Source: an uncultured Gemmatimonadales bacterium (GTDB taxonomy: Bacteria; Gemmatimonadota; Gemmatimonadetes; Gemmatimonadales; GWC2-71-9). Taken from it: a stretch of 64,000 nt of DNA. A model generated the notes under the pieces. That model did not search any database. It saw only the letters and a program-made list of their open reading frames with translations, and was not told the DNA's origin. Shown one piece after another: positions 10,222 to 19,848 of the stretch. The stretch's first letter is position 1. Each line of letters starts with the position of its first letter. The position numbers and the translations under genes were made by a program. The stretch covers positions 1 through 64,000 of the forward strand of contig CAVYSW010000011.1 of the NCBI GenBank assembly GCA_963771275.1, read 5' to 3'.

Positions 10222-10800
10222 CTACTTCTTCATCCCGAGCGACGACATCGTCTCGCCGGCCTTGGTCTGGAGTCCGCTCGCCATGTTGACGGCTTCAGCC
10301 ACCTTGCCGCCCTTGTAGGCCTCCATCGCCTGCGTCCAGCTCGTCGTCAGTTCTGCCACGGAGGTCTTGGCCGCATCCACCTTGGCCTTGTCCATGCCCG
10401 CCGGCAGCCGGCGCATCTTGGACAGCTCGTCCACCTTGGCCTGGATCGCCTGCACCATGCCCGGGAGGCTGCCCTCCATCGTCTGCCAGGACGCCGCCAG
10501 CTGTTGCTTGGCGGTCTCGACGGCGGCGGGAAGCTCCGCCACCTTCGTGCTGACTTCGGCGGCCTTGGTGCTGGCGTCGGCGTACTGCTTCGCCTCGACG
10601 TCGGTCCGCGCGGCCGCGAGCTCATCGCTCAGCATCTTGTACTGATCAGGGACGTACGCCTGCGCATCCGCGCTCACGGCCTGCAGCGCCGAGTCGGCGG
10701 CGGCGATCGCCTTGTCGGCGTTGCCTTGCGGCGACGCGCACGCCGCAGCGGCAGCGATCACGAGCAGCGCGCCCGCGATTCGCTTCATCGTGGAAACCAT
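10222..10800 (-). CDS. Ala-rich helical lipoprotein
   Basis: GGAGG RBS, lipobox AAAC, helical Ala/Lys/Gln-rich sequence. Confidence 0.8.
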   Translation of the reverse strand: MVSTMKRIAGALLVIAAAAACASPQGNADKAIAAADSALQAVSADAQAYVPDQYKMLSDELAAARTDVEAKQYADASTKAAEVSTKVAELPAAVETAKQQLAASWQTMEGSLPGMVQAIQAKVDELSKMRRLPAGMDKAKVDAAKTSVAELTTSWTQAMEAYKGGKVAEAVNMASGLQTKAGETMSSLGMKK

Positions 10801-11017
10801 GCTTCCTCCAGTTGGGACAGCGTCGGGAGATGACCTATAGGCAGACGGCCCCGCTCCCCCGGGGCCGACATGTTCAGCTCGGTTGGTGCGAAATCCTAGC
10901 GGGTGGACCGGAAAGCGGAAGGGGGGGGCCTGCGGGGTGGTCGTCGCGCAGCGTGAATGGGGAACGGTACATTCGGCATTGATGCGGCGCGGTCTGCCAT
11001 GCGCCGCGCGCGCGCGG

Positions 11018-12328
11018 CTACCGCACGGCCTGGAGCACCTGCTCCAGCGTGGGGTCCCCCTGCTCCGCCAATTCGTACCGGACGCGCAAAGCCGGCTTGT
11101 TCATCTCGATCAGGCGTCGCAGATCGATCGGCGTCCCCACGAGCACGAGATCCGCCGGGGTCCGGTTGATCGTCTCCGCCAGCTCCCGGACCTGCTCGTG
11201 CCCGTAACCCATGGCGGGGAGCACGGCGCCGGTGTTCGGGTATTTGCGGAACGTTTCGGCGATGCTGCCCACCGCATACGGCCGGGGGTCCACGATCTGC
11301 CCGGCCCCGTATTGCTTGGCGGCCACCCATCCGGCGCCGAAGCTCATGCCCCCGTGGGTGAGCGTCGGACCGTCCTCCACCACGAGCACCCGCTTGCCAC
11401 GGATCGCCTCGGCTCCTTCGACCGAGATCGGGCTCGCGGCGCGGATCAGCCGCGCCCGGGGGTTCAGGGTCGCCACAATCTCCACCGTCCGGCGCACGTC
11501 GTCGGGCGTCGCCGTGTCGACCTTGTTCACCACGATCACATCCGCCATCCGGACGTTGGTCTCGCCGGGATGAAACTGCGCCGAGTGCGTCGCGCGATGC
11601 GGGTCCACCACCACGATGTGGAGATTGGGGGTGTAGAACGGCAGGTCGTTGTTGCCGCCGTCCCAGATGATCACGTCGGCCTCGCGCTCGGCCTGCGCGA
11701 GAATCCGACCGTAGTCGACCCCCGCGTAGAGGATGCGGCCGGCCGCGATGTGTGGCTCGTATTCCTCCCGTTCCTCGATCGTGACATCGTGCCGTGCGAG
11801 GTCGTCGTAGGTCGCGAAGCGCTGCACCGCCTGCTCGGCCAGATCGCCGTACGGCATCGGATGCCGGATCACGACGACGCGTTTCCCCCAGCCTGTGAGG
11901 ATCGCGGCCGCCCGCCGGCTGGTCTGGCTCTTCCCGGCCCCGGTGCGTGCCGCGCAGATCGCGACCACCGGCACCTGGGCCCGGAGCATGGTGTGGCGTG
12001 GGCCGAGCAGCAGGTAGTCGGCACCCGCCGCGAGCGCCCGCGACGCCAGGTGCATGACGTATTCGTGCGAGACGTCGCTGTAGCTGAACACGACCACGTC
12101 CGCGGCGAGATCGTGAATTGCCCGCTCGAAATCGCTTTCGGGAAGCACCGGAATGCCGTTCGGGTAGCGCGGCCCGGCCAGCTCGGGTGGGTAGCGGCGG
12201 CCCGCGATGTTCGGAATCTGCGTCGCGGTGAAGGCGACTACCTCATAGTCGGCGTTCTGGCGGAAGTAGGTGTTGAAGTTATGAAAGTCACGGCCTGCGG
12301 CGCCCAAAATGATCGCCCGCTGCGGCAT
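11018..12328 (-). CDS. COG2403 P-loop GTPase-like protein (cDPG-synthase-related; candidate arginine synthetase ArcE family)
   Basis: GAAGRDFHNFN, AFTATQIP, RTGAGKS, RHPMPYG, TIEEREEYEPHI, WDGGNND, EDGPTLTHG, LPAMGY. Confidence 0.8.
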   Translation of the reverse strand: MPQRAIILGAAGRDFHNFNTYFRQNADYEVVAFTATQIPNIAGRRYPPELAGPRYPNGIPVLPESDFERAIHDLAADVVVFSYSDVSHEYVMHLASRALAAGADYLLLGPRHTMLRAQVPVVAICAARTGAGKSQTSRRAAAILTGWGKRVVVIRHPMPYGDLAEQAVQRFATYDDLARHDVTIEEREEYEPHIAAGRILYAGVDYGRILAQAEREADVIIWDGGNNDLPFYTPNLHIVVVDPHRATHSAQFHPGETNVRMADVIVVNKVDTATPDDVRRTVEIVATLNPRARLIRAASPISVEGAEAIRGKRVLVVEDGPTLTHGGMSFGAGWVAAKQYGAGQIVDPRPYAVGSIAETFRKYPNTGAVLPAMGYGHEQVRELAETINRTPADLVLVGTPIDLRRLIEMNKPALRVRYELAEQGDPTLEQVLQAVR

Positions 12329-12340
12329 AGAACCCCCTAA

Positions 12341-12363
12341 GTGGTTACAGGATAAGTAACTAC
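12341..12363. promoter_or_regulatory. Candidate operator palindrome GTGGTTAC-N7-GTAACTAC
   Basis: AT-rich imperfect inverted repeat immediately upstream of the RBS of the 11018-12328 gene. Confidence 0.4.
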
Positions 12364-12385
12364 CTCGGGATGAATCGGCCTTGAA

Positions 12386-12457
12386 GGGGGCGTGAAGAGG
12401 GAGAGGGGGTGAGGGGCAGAGATGGGACGCTACTCTGCCCCTCCGTTCACTGCCCCC
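12386..12457. repeat. Palindromic element with 8-bp purine-rich units
   Basis: GGGGGCGTGAAGAGGGAGAGGGGGTGAGGGGCAGAG ... CTCTGCCCCTCCGTTCACTGCCCCC. Same unit family as 5549-5597. Confidence 0.6.
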
Positions 12458-12496
12458 TGGGGAGGGGGCGGGGGGCGAGGGGCTAGGTGGTGGGGC

Positions 12497-13909
12497 TCAG
12501 CACCACTTCACCTTGGCCTGATACGTCACCTTGGTCTCGCCGCGCGCCGGGATGGCGACCTGGAACTTGAACGTGCGGGCGTCCACGCGCTCCCACCTGT
12601 GGCTCGATGCCAGGATCGTCCAGTCGCCGCCGATCGGCTCCATGACGTCGATCTCGACCGCCTCGTCCTTGTGATTGCGCAGGTCGATCTCCCAGCTGCT
12701 GGTCGACTCGCAGCGCCCCGAGACATGCCATTCCATCTGCCGCCGGTCGGCCACGACATCGAACGCCTCGCCCATCTTGATCCGGAGCAGCTCGTCGCGC
12801 GGCGTGTGGTCGATCTGATCCTCGCCGATGAACTGCTGGGCACCCGACCTGTCGGCCTTGTAGACCCGGACGATCCCCTTGGGCAGCGGCATGCCCAGCC
12901 GGTTCGCCTCGCTGTTCCGGAACTCGAGGAACACGCTCACCTTCTGGTTGGACATCACCTCGCCCGTCTGCGACCGGTAGTAGTACGGCTGACCCGGCAG
13001 CACGAGACGCTTGACGAGCCCGACGCCCGACGCTTCGAGCAGGGTCACCTGCTTCTGCTCGTTGTTGAGGATGTCCGTGGGCCGGGTGAGCGTGTAGAGG
13101 TGGTACTCGAACAGTCCCTCTTCGGTCATCGGCCGCGCCTCTTCCACCGCCATCGCTCGCATCGCGCCCACCTGGTCCTTCATCATCTGGTCGCGCACGC
13201 GCTGGACATCGCCGGCTACGAGCTTGAGCTGCGCGTTCTTGAACGACCCGCCGCTCTGATTGTCGAGCGTGACCCACCCCGTGAGATCCCCCTGGGTGTC
13301 GGCATCGTTTACCACCATGACGTAATCGGCCCGCCAGTTCATCCCGCCGGTGAGGTAGGAGACCTCGAGCTGGCGCCGGCCGCCGTCACCGTCGAGCAGC
13401 CACTCCAGGGTGGGCTCGGCGATCAGGTTCTCGGGGATCTCCGGGAACGCCATCCGACCCGGGAACCCGTAGGTGATCTCGTTCCCGATCTTGAGGATCG
13501 GGCTCTGGTTGACCGAGAGCACTTCGGCGTCGAACGGCTCGTCGCGACCCGTCACGCTGTTCCAGCGATAGACCTTGATCTTCCGGCCGACGTACTTCTT
13601 GAGCAGCTGCTCGGGGCTCAGCAGGTCGTAGCGGTAGTTCTGCTCGAGCACGGCGAAGCGGCCGGTCCCGAGGGCATGGACGCTTACGGTGTAGGGCTCG
13701 ATCTGGCTCGCCACGTCGCGGAACTCGAGCGGCGTCCGCCCCCGGGCCAGGTCGACCGCGCGGACCTCCCGCACGAGCCCGAAATTCTGGTTGTAGACCG
13801 TGATCGTCACGGCTTGGCGCTGGTCCGCGGTCGTCCGACCGGGGGTCTGGGCGACGGCGGACGCCGCCGCGGCCAGGCAGAGCGGGATGAGAAGCGCGAG
13901 TCGCCGCAT
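12497..13909 (-). CDS. DUF4139 domain-containing secreted protein
   Basis: Signal peptide MRRLALLIPLCLAAAASAVA; TVYNQNFGLVRE, EQNYRYDL, SYLTGGMNWRADY, FEYHLY, LGMPLPKG. Confidence 0.88.
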   Translation of the reverse strand: MRRLALLIPLCLAAAASAVAQTPGRTTADQRQAVTITVYNQNFGLVREVRAVDLARGRTPLEFRDVASQIEPYTVSVHALGTGRFAVLEQNYRYDLLSPEQLLKKYVGRKIKVYRWNSVTGRDEPFDAEVLSVNQSPILKIGNEITYGFPGRMAFPEIPENLIAEPTLEWLLDGDGGRRQLEVSYLTGGMNWRADYVMVVNDADTQGDLTGWVTLDNQSGGSFKNAQLKLVAGDVQRVRDQMMKDQVGAMRAMAVEEARPMTEEGLFEYHLYTLTRPTDILNNEQKQVTLLEASGVGLVKRLVLPGQPYYYRSQTGEVMSNQKVSVFLEFRNSEANRLGMPLPKGIVRVYKADRSGAQQFIGEDQIDHTPRDELLRIKMGEAFDVVADRRQMEWHVSGRCESTSSWEIDLRNHKDEAVEIDVMEPIGGDWTILASSHRWERVDARTFKFQVAIPARGETKVTYQAKVKWC

Positions 13910-13971
13910 AGCTCTCTCCGTATGAGGTTCCATCCAGCAAGGACGAGCCAACCAGCCCCGGTTGCACAAGC

Positions 13972-14448
13972 TCAGGGTCCGCGGCGCGGGTTGCCTCCGG
14001 CCCCCTCGGCACGCAGCTCGAGCAGCATCACGGTCGCGCTCTGGGGGCACAGCTGCGTGAACTCGACCGACTGGCTCACGGCCTCGGGCACATCCGCCCG
14101 CTGGACGGGCACGAAGCCGAACCGCGGGAAGAACCCGCCCGCCGTTTCCGTGAGCAGGTAGACGCGGCGGACGTGGCGCCGGCGGGCCAGCTCCAAGGCC
14201 CCGACCGTGAGCGCCGTGCCCACCCCCGACCCCTTCGACGACGGTTCGACCGCCACCGAGCGAAGCAGCGCGTCGTCCCCGTAGAGCTCGAGCGCCGCGC
14301 ACCCGATGATCCGTTCCCGCTCCCGCGCCACCAGCGCGCTCCCGAGATGGGGCGAGAGACCCTGGACCGGGAGCTTGCTCCGGGCGAGCAGGTTCGCGAT
14401 GCTTGGCCAGTCCACCTCGGCGGCCGCCGTGATCTCGTATGCTTCCAT
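13972..14448 (-). CDS. arsN2: ArsN2-family GNAT N-acetyltransferase
   Basis: LELYGDDALLRSVAV, YLLTETA..FF.RFGF, SVEFTQLCPQSA. Confidence 0.8.
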   Translation of the reverse strand: MEAYEITAAAEVDWPSIANLLARSKLPVQGLSPHLGSALVARERERIIGCAALELYGDDALLRSVAVEPSSKGSGVGTALTVGALELARRRHVRRVYLLTETAGGFFPRFGFVPVQRADVPEAVSQSVEFTQLCPQSATVMLLELRAEGAGGNPRRGP

Positions 14449-14505
14449 GCCGGGTCCCTCCCCTGAACCCGCTGCGATGATGCCATGTTCGGTGAAACTG
14501 CACAA

Positions 14506-15276
14506 GTGAACCCTGCCGCTCGCTGGCTCGCCCTGCTCCACGAGATCGCCGAGCAGGCCGACGCGATCGCGCTCCACCACTTTCGGGCGCGGAGTCTCCG
14601 GGTGGACCTGAAGGCCGACACCAGTCCGGTGACGGAGGCCGATCGCGCCATCGAGGCGGCGGCCCGGGCCGCCGTCCGCTTGCGCCATCCCGAGCTCGGC
14701 GTGCTGGGGGAGGAGACTGGCGAGACGGCAGGCAACGCCGACGCGCGCCTGATCATCGACCCGATCGACGGCACGCGCAATTTCGTGCGCGGCATCCCCG
14801 TGTTCGCGACGCTGCTGGCTGTGGAGGAGGCCGGCACCGTGGTGGCCGGCGTGGTCTCGGCGCCCGCGCTGGGCAGGCGTTGGCACGCAGCACACGGCGT
14901 CGGGGCGTTCTGCGGCGACCGGCGGCTCGCGGTCTCCCCGATCGCGCAGCTGGAGCGCGCGCAGCTGTTTCACGGATCGGTGGGCGGCATCGGCGAAGAC
15001 AACCCACTTCCCACGCTCCTCACGCTGGCGCGGCGCGTGGAGCGGACCCGCGGGTTCGGCGACTTCTACCAGCACGTGCTGGTGGCGGAAGGCGCGGGCG
15101 AGATTGCCGTGGACCCGGTCGTGCAGCCGTGGGACATCGCCCCGCTCATGGTGCTGGTGGAGGAAGCGGGCGGCCGATGCACGTCGCTGGCAGGCGAGCG
15201 CACGATCTACGGAGGCAGCCTGGTGACGACGAACGGGACGCTGCACGAGGCGGCGTTGAAGGAACTGAACGTGTAG
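14506..15276 (+). CDS. hisN: Histidinol-phosphatase, inositol monophosphatase family (start GTG 14506 or ATG 14485)
   Basis: KADTSPVTEADR, GEE, DPIDGTRNFVRGIPVFATL, RGFGDF, WDIA. Confidence 0.8.
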   Translation: MNPAARWLALLHEIAEQADAIALHHFRARSLRVDLKADTSPVTEADRAIEAAARAAVRLRHPELGVLGEETGETAGNADARLIIDPIDGTRNFVRGIPVFATLLAVEEAGTVVAGVVSAPALGRRWHAAHGVGAFCGDRRLAVSPIAQLERAQLFHGSVGGIGEDNPLPTLLTLARRVERTRGFGDFYQHVLVAEGAGEIAVDPVVQPWDIAPLMVLVEEAGGRCTSLAGERTIYGGSLVTTNGTLHEAALKELNV

Positions 15277-15367
15277 CGCGTAGCGTGCTGCGCACGCCGT
15301 GCAGCGTATAGCGTGCAGCGTGCAGCGCCCTGCCGTACTGCCCCCGCCGCACGCTACACGCTACACG
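15270..15367. repeat. Inverted pair of 7-bp tandem arrays (YAGCGTG)n ... (CACGCTR)n
   Basis: About 8 degenerate units, then 3 reverse-complement units. The first unit contains the hisN TAG. Confidence 0.85.
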
Positions 15368-15368
15368 T

Positions 15369-15749
15369 TCATCGTATCCCCGTATCCACCACCAGATCCA
15401 CCGTGACTGTGTCCCCTGCCATGATGGTGAACGGCGTGACCGCGACGTTTCCCGCCTGGATCCCGTCGGGCGTCACGAACGCGTAGTGGCCCGGCGCCAG
15501 GTCGATCGCGTAGGACCCTTGGGCGTTCGTGGTGTCCTGAGCGACGATTCGCCGAAGCCCCGCGTCGTAGACCCGGACCGCGTATCCCGGATACAGGCCA
15601 TCGCACGGCGGCACCTGGCCCGGCGGCAGGCACGGCACACCGATGAACCCGACGGTGCCGGCCACGACACCCAGGTTGCCCGGCTCGTCGGTGGAGGCGC
15701 ACGCGGCGCCGAGCAGCAGCAGAGCGACCACGAAACCTGCGCGAGTCAT
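15369..15749 (-). CDS. Small lipoprotein with carboxypeptidase-regulatory-like (transthyretin-like) domain
   Basis: AAGGAGG RBS, lipobox AAC, TTNAQGSYAIDLAPGHY, C-terminal DTGIR. Confidence 0.8.
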   Translation of the reverse strand: MTRAGFVVALLLLGAACASTDEPGNLGVVAGTVGFIGVPCLPPGQVPPCDGLYPGYAVRVYDAGLRRIVAQDTTNAQGSYAIDLAPGHYAFVTPDGIQAGNVAVTPFTIMAGDTVTVDLVVDTGIR

Positions 15750-15797
15750 GGGGGTGCCTCCTTCAAGGAACGTATACCCGGCGCCCCACGCCAAGGT

Positions 15798-15826
15798 CAC
15801 ACGCCACACGCTACACGCCACACGCT
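15798..15826. repeat. 7-bp tandem repeat (YACACGC)x4
   Basis: CACACGCCACACGCTACACGCCACACGCT. Confidence 0.8.
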
Positions 15827-15895
15827 GCCGGCCCCGCTTGACGCATCACCCCCCGCGGCTCAGCATTGTCCTGTTCCCACCTCATGAGGCTCCGG

Positions 15896-16363
15896 ATGCC
15901 GACGTACACGTTCACGCTCAACGGCAAGCCAACCACCGTGGACGTCCCGGAGGGCATGCCCCTGCTCTGGGTTCTCCGCGACGTGGTCGGGCTCACGGGC
16001 ACGAAGTACGGCTGCGGGATCGGCGAGTGCGGCTCCTGCATGGTGCATCTCGACGGCGCCGCGGCGTTCTCGTGCGCGCTCCCAATGGCGAGTGTCGCGG
16101 GGCGGCGGGTGACCACGATCGAGGGCCTGGCGGAAGGCGCGACGCTTCATCCGATCCAGCAGGCGTGGCTCGCGGTGGATGCACCGCAATGCGGGTACTG
16201 TCAGTCCGGCCAGATCATGGCGGCGGCCGCGCTGCTGGCAACGAACCGGCGCCCGACCGATGCGGAGATCGACGCCGCGATGTCGGGCAACCTCTGCCGC
16301 TGCGGTACCTACAACCGGATCCGGGCGGCGATCTACCACGCGATCGGGGAGGGACGGCCATGA
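15896..16363 (+). CDS. (2Fe-2S)-binding small subunit, IorA/CoxS-like
   Basis: [14 protein letters not shown]...C and QCGYCQSGQ...GNLCRCG. Confidence 0.95.
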   Translation: MPTYTFTLNGKPTTVDVPEGMPLLWVLRDVVGLTGTKYGCGIGECGSCMVHLDGAAAFSCALPMASVAGRRVTTIEGLAEGATLHPIQQAWLAVDAPQCGYCQSGQIMAAAALLATNRRPTDAEIDAAMSGNLCRCGTYNRIRAAIYHAIGEGRP

Positions 16364-18462
16364 CGACCGTACGCGCGCTCGATCGCCGTGAGTTCCTGGA
16401 GCTGACCGGCGCGATCGGGGCGGGGTTGCTGCTGGCGTGCCGCGTAGGCCGGAACGAGGCGCCGCGCACCGCCGGGGAGCTGAACGCCTGGATCCACATC
16501 GGGACGGACGGCGCGGTCACGCTGTACATCTCCGAGTCGGAGATGGGCCAGGGCGTGCTGACCTCGCTGTCCCAGATTCTGGCGGACGAGCTCGAGGCCG
16601 ACTGGAGCACCGTGCGGGCCGTGCAGGCGCCTGCCAACCGGGCAAAGTACGGGGATCAGGGGACGGGTGGCAGCACCAGCGTGCGGCTCGACTACGACAC
16701 GCTGCGCAAGGCGGGCGCAGGGGCGCGCCAGCTGCTCGTGGCCGCCGCCGCAGCCGCATGGGGAGTGGCGGCGCGGGAGTGCCGGGCCGAGCAGGGCACG
16801 GTGGTGCACGAGGCATCGGGGAAACACGCGGGCTACGGTGAGCTGGCCGAGCGAGCGAGCACCCTGCCGGTTCCGAAGGACCCCCCATTGAAGGACCCGA
16901 AGGACTTCCGCTACATCGGGAAGTCGATGAAGCGGCTGGACAGCCTGGAGAAGGTGACGGGGCGCGCCGTGTTCGGGATCGACGTGAAGGTGCCGGACAT
17001 GCTCGTCGCGGTGGTCGCCCACCCACCGGTGGTGGGCGGCGCGCTCCGCCGGTTCGACGCGACCCGGACAAGGCAGGTTCCGGGGGTGCGTGACGTCGTC
17101 GAGATCCCAACCGGCGTCGCCGTGATCGCCGACCACTTCTGGGCGGCTCGTGCGGGGCGCACGGCACTCGACGCCGCATGGGACGACAAGGGCTGGGGCG
17201 CGCTCTCCAGCGAGACGATCGCCGCGACGCTGCGCGAGATCTGCCCCAGAGGCGTGACGGCGCGGCAGGAGGGCGATCCGGCGGCCGCGCTCGCCCGCGC
17301 GGCCCGGCGGGTCGACGCGGTGTACGAAGCGCCGTACCTGGCGCACGCGACGATGGAGCCCATGACGTGCACCGCGCATGTGCGCCCGGACGGATGTGAC
17401 GTGTGGGTCGGTACGCAGGCACCGACTGGCTGCCAGGACGCGGCGGCGCGGATCACGGGCTTGAGGCCTGAGCAGGTACAGGTTCACACGGTGTACCTGG
17501 GCGGCGGGTTCGGCCGTCGCTCGCAGACCGACTTCGTGGAGGAGGCGGTTCACATCGCGCAGGCGGTGGGGAAGCCGGTGAAGCTGATCTGGACGCGTGA
17601 GGACGATATGCGGGCCGGCCGATATCGGCCGATCGCCTACAACGAGCTCAGCGCCGGCCTCGATGGCGAGGGCTGGCCGGTCGCCTGGGTGCACCGCATC
17701 GCGAGCGCCTCGATCCCGGCGCAGCCGGGACCATCAGGCAACGGGGTCGACGAGGCCGCCACCATGGGCGCGGCGGACCTGCCGTATCAGGTGCGCGCGC
17801 TTCACGTCACCTATGCCAGGCCCGATCTCCCGATCACCACGTGGTGGTGGCGGTCGGTGGGCAGCTCACAGAATGCCTACGTGACCGAGTGCTTCCTCGA
17901 CGAGCTGGCGCACACGACCGGCAAGGACCCGCTCGAGTACCGGCGCCGCCTGCTGGCCGGCCACCCGCGCCATCTGCGGGTGCTGGAGACGGCGGCGGAG
18001 CAGGCCGGCTGGGGGAAGCCGGTCGCGCCGGGTCGGGCGCTGGGGATCGCCGTGCACGAGTGCTTCGGGTCGTTCGTGGCGCAGGTGGCGGAAGTCTCGC
18101 TGCGCGAGGACCGCACGGTGCGCGTGCACCGGGTGGTCTGCGCGGTGGATTGCGGCCACGTGATCAACCCCGACACGATCGAAGCGCAGATGGAGAGCGG
18201 CATCATGTTCGGGCTCTCGGCCGCCCTGTACGGCGAGATCACGCTTGCGCATGGGCAGGTCGAGCAGTCCAACTACCACAACTACCCGGTCGTGCGCATG
18301 CGGGACGCGCCGGCGATCGAGGTCCACATCGTGACGAGCGGCGACGCGCTGGGGGGGATCGGCGAAGTCGGCCTCCCGGCCGCCGCGCCCGCGGTGTGCA
18401 ACGCGATTCTGGCGCTCACCGGGACGCCGGTGCGGAAGCTGCCGATCGGGAAAGCCGTGTAG
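16360..18462 (+). CDS. Molybdopterin-binding large subunit, IorB-like, Tat-exported
   Basis: ATGA overlap, Tat motif [42 protein letters not shown]. Confidence 0.93.
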   Translation: MTTVRALDRREFLELTGAIGAGLLLACRVGRNEAPRTAGELNAWIHIGTDGAVTLYISESEMGQGVLTSLSQILADELEADWSTVRAVQAPANRAKYGDQGTGGSTSVRLDYDTLRKAGAGARQLLVAAAAAAWGVAARECRAEQGTVVHEASGKHAGYGELAERASTLPVPKDPPLKDPKDFRYIGKSMKRLDSLEKVTGRAVFGIDVKVPDMLVAVVAHPPVVGGALRRFDATRTRQVPGVRDVVEIPTGVAVIADHFWAARAGRTALDAAWDDKGWGALSSETIAATLREICPRGVTARQEGDPAAALARAARRVDAVYEAPYLAHATMEPMTCTAHVRPDGCDVWVGTQAPTGCQDAAARITGLRPEQVQVHTVYLGGGFGRRSQTDFVEEAVHIAQAVGKPVKLIWTREDDMRAGRYRPIAYNELSAGLDGEGWPVAWVHRIASASIPAQPGPSGNGVDEAATMGAADLPYQVRALHVTYARPDLPITTWWWRSVGSSQNAYVTECFLDELAHTTGKDPLEYRRRLLAGHPRHLRVLETAAEQAGWGKPVAPGRALGIAVHECFGSFVAQVAEVSLREDRTVRVHRVVCAVDCGHVINPDTIEAQMESGIMFGLSAALYGEITLAHGQVEQSNYHNYPVVRMRDAPAIEVHIVTSGDALGGIGEVGLPAAAPAVCNAILALTGTPVRKLPIGKAV

Positions 18463-18533
18463 CGGGCAGCGTGTAGCGTGCAGCGTACAGCGTGCAGCGC
18501 GACGACCCCCGCTGCACGCTGCACGCTGTACGT
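18456..18533. repeat. Inverted pair of 7-bp tandem arrays (YAGCGTG)n ... (CACGCTG)n
   Basis: CGTGTAGCGGGCAGCGTGTAGCGTGCAGCGTACAGCGTGCAGCG ... CGCTGCACGCTGCACGCTGTACG. Contains the TAG of the upstream gene. Confidence 0.85.
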
Positions 18534-18537
18534 CATG

Positions 18538-19743
18538 TTACCAACCCCAACTCGGCCGGCCCACGAGGTCGAAGTCCGCGACGACGCCCGCGTGATCGGA
18601 CGCCCAGACCCCGTAGCGCTGGAGCTCGCGCGCGGTCCCGCCCACCACCCAGGCCCGCACGCGATCACGCCCGAAGTGGCGGCGCGGATCCGGGAAGTTG
18701 CGCAGCAGCATCAAGTCGATGCGCTGAATCAGGAACCCGTCGGGCGTCGTGTTGCTGAGATCACCGGCGTTGCAGCAGGTGAACCCGTCACCCCGCCCGC
18801 CGGGGTGTTGCAGCCAGAGGTCGGCGTAGCCCGAGCTCAGCATGAGATCGTACGTCTCGAGCCCACCGTCGTCCGGGCGCCCCGGCCCGCTGTTGAAGTC
18901 GCCGACGATGATCAACGGCTTCAGCTCGTTCTGGAACACCTGCACCAACTCCTGGGCCTGCGCCAGCTTCGTGGCGTCATTGTCCGACTCCAGATGCGTG
19001 CTCACGAAGCGATACGTGGTGCCCTTGACCTTCACGTCCACCGCCGCCCAACCCCGCCGGATCTGCTGCAGCGCATTGATCTCCAGCACGGTCGCGTAGT
19101 TGCCGACGTCCGCGTTGCGGAACTGGATGCCCTGGCGCACGAGCACCACGTCGTAATCCACCAGTCGGATGTCGGAGAACAGCGGGAAGCCCTGCGGCGC
19201 GAGTCCGTCAAACCGCGGCATCTCGAGATCCGAGTCCTTCACGATCGATGCGACGCGGTAGTGCAGCCCGCGATGCCGCAGATCGGCCAGGAGGGTCGGC
19301 AGGAAGTCGAGCTCCACCGTCGTGGCGTTGGGGATCGGGAGGCCCACTTGCGCGACCTGGCCGGTTTCGAAGTCGAACGCCAGGATGTCGCTCGGCGTCT
19401 GGGAGTAGAGCTGCGCGACCTCCTGCAGGCCGATCACGTCAGGCCGCACGCGGGCGATCTCGGCCGCCAGGGCGCGCGCCCGGGCCGGGAAATTCGTGCT
19501 CATCAGAATGCCCCAGGCCTGGGCCACGGCAACGGGCACCTGGTCGGCGGGCGCCGCGATGATGTCCTCGACCGGCGCGCCAAAGTACATGTTCTGGGTC
19601 ATGATCGTGAGATCGCCCGCGCCCCCGAACATGTGGAGGTCGGGATCCACGCCATCCACCGCCTCGTTCTGCGGCGCGACCAGGCGATCGCTGCCGCAGC
19701 CAAGGATCAGGACGGCCGCGAACATCGCAAGGAGTCTTCGCAT
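18538..19743 (-). CDS. Endonuclease/exonuclease/phosphatase (EEP) family lipoprotein
   Basis: Lipobox ILGC; MTQN, DVIGLQEV, THLE, GDFNS, RID, SDH. Confidence 0.9.
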   Translation of the reverse strand: MRRLLAMFAAVLILGCGSDRLVAPQNEAVDGVDPDLHMFGGAGDLTIMTQNMYFGAPVEDIIAAPADQVPVAVAQAWGILMSTNFPARARALAAEIARVRPDVIGLQEVAQLYSQTPSDILAFDFETGQVAQVGLPIPNATTVELDFLPTLLADLRHRGLHYRVASIVKDSDLEMPRFDGLAPQGFPLFSDIRLVDYDVVLVRQGIQFRNADVGNYATVLEINALQQIRRGWAAVDVKVKGTTYRFVSTHLESDNDATKLAQAQELVQVFQNELKPLIIVGDFNSGPGRPDDGGLETYDLMLSSGYADLWLQHPGGRGDGFTCCNAGDLSNTTPDGFLIQRIDLMLLRNFPDPRRHFGRDRVRAWVVGGTARELQRYGVWASDHAGVVADFDLVGRPSWGW

Positions 19744-19848
19744 AGGCACACTCCGGGTGGGGTCAGGAGGAGGGAGGCCGCCTTCCATTAGGAAGCTCGG
19801 GCCCGCCCCCGTCAAGAGTGGCGCGAACGAGACGGTGTGGGGCGAAGG

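Noticed and set aside
13972..14448. Arsenic resistance operon
   Set aside because: The ArsN2-like gene stands alone; no arsR/C/B/acr3 nearby.
13972..14503. Apparent fusions in the ORF track (668-aa DUF4139, 424-aa GNAT, 939-aa IorB, 1147-aa tricorn)
   Set aside because: These are N-terminal overextensions; internal starts with signal peptides or coupling overlaps explain the real genes.
15270..18533. Heptamer arrays as CRISPR repeats
   Set aside because: Units are 7 bp, contiguous and without unique spacers; no cas genes are present.
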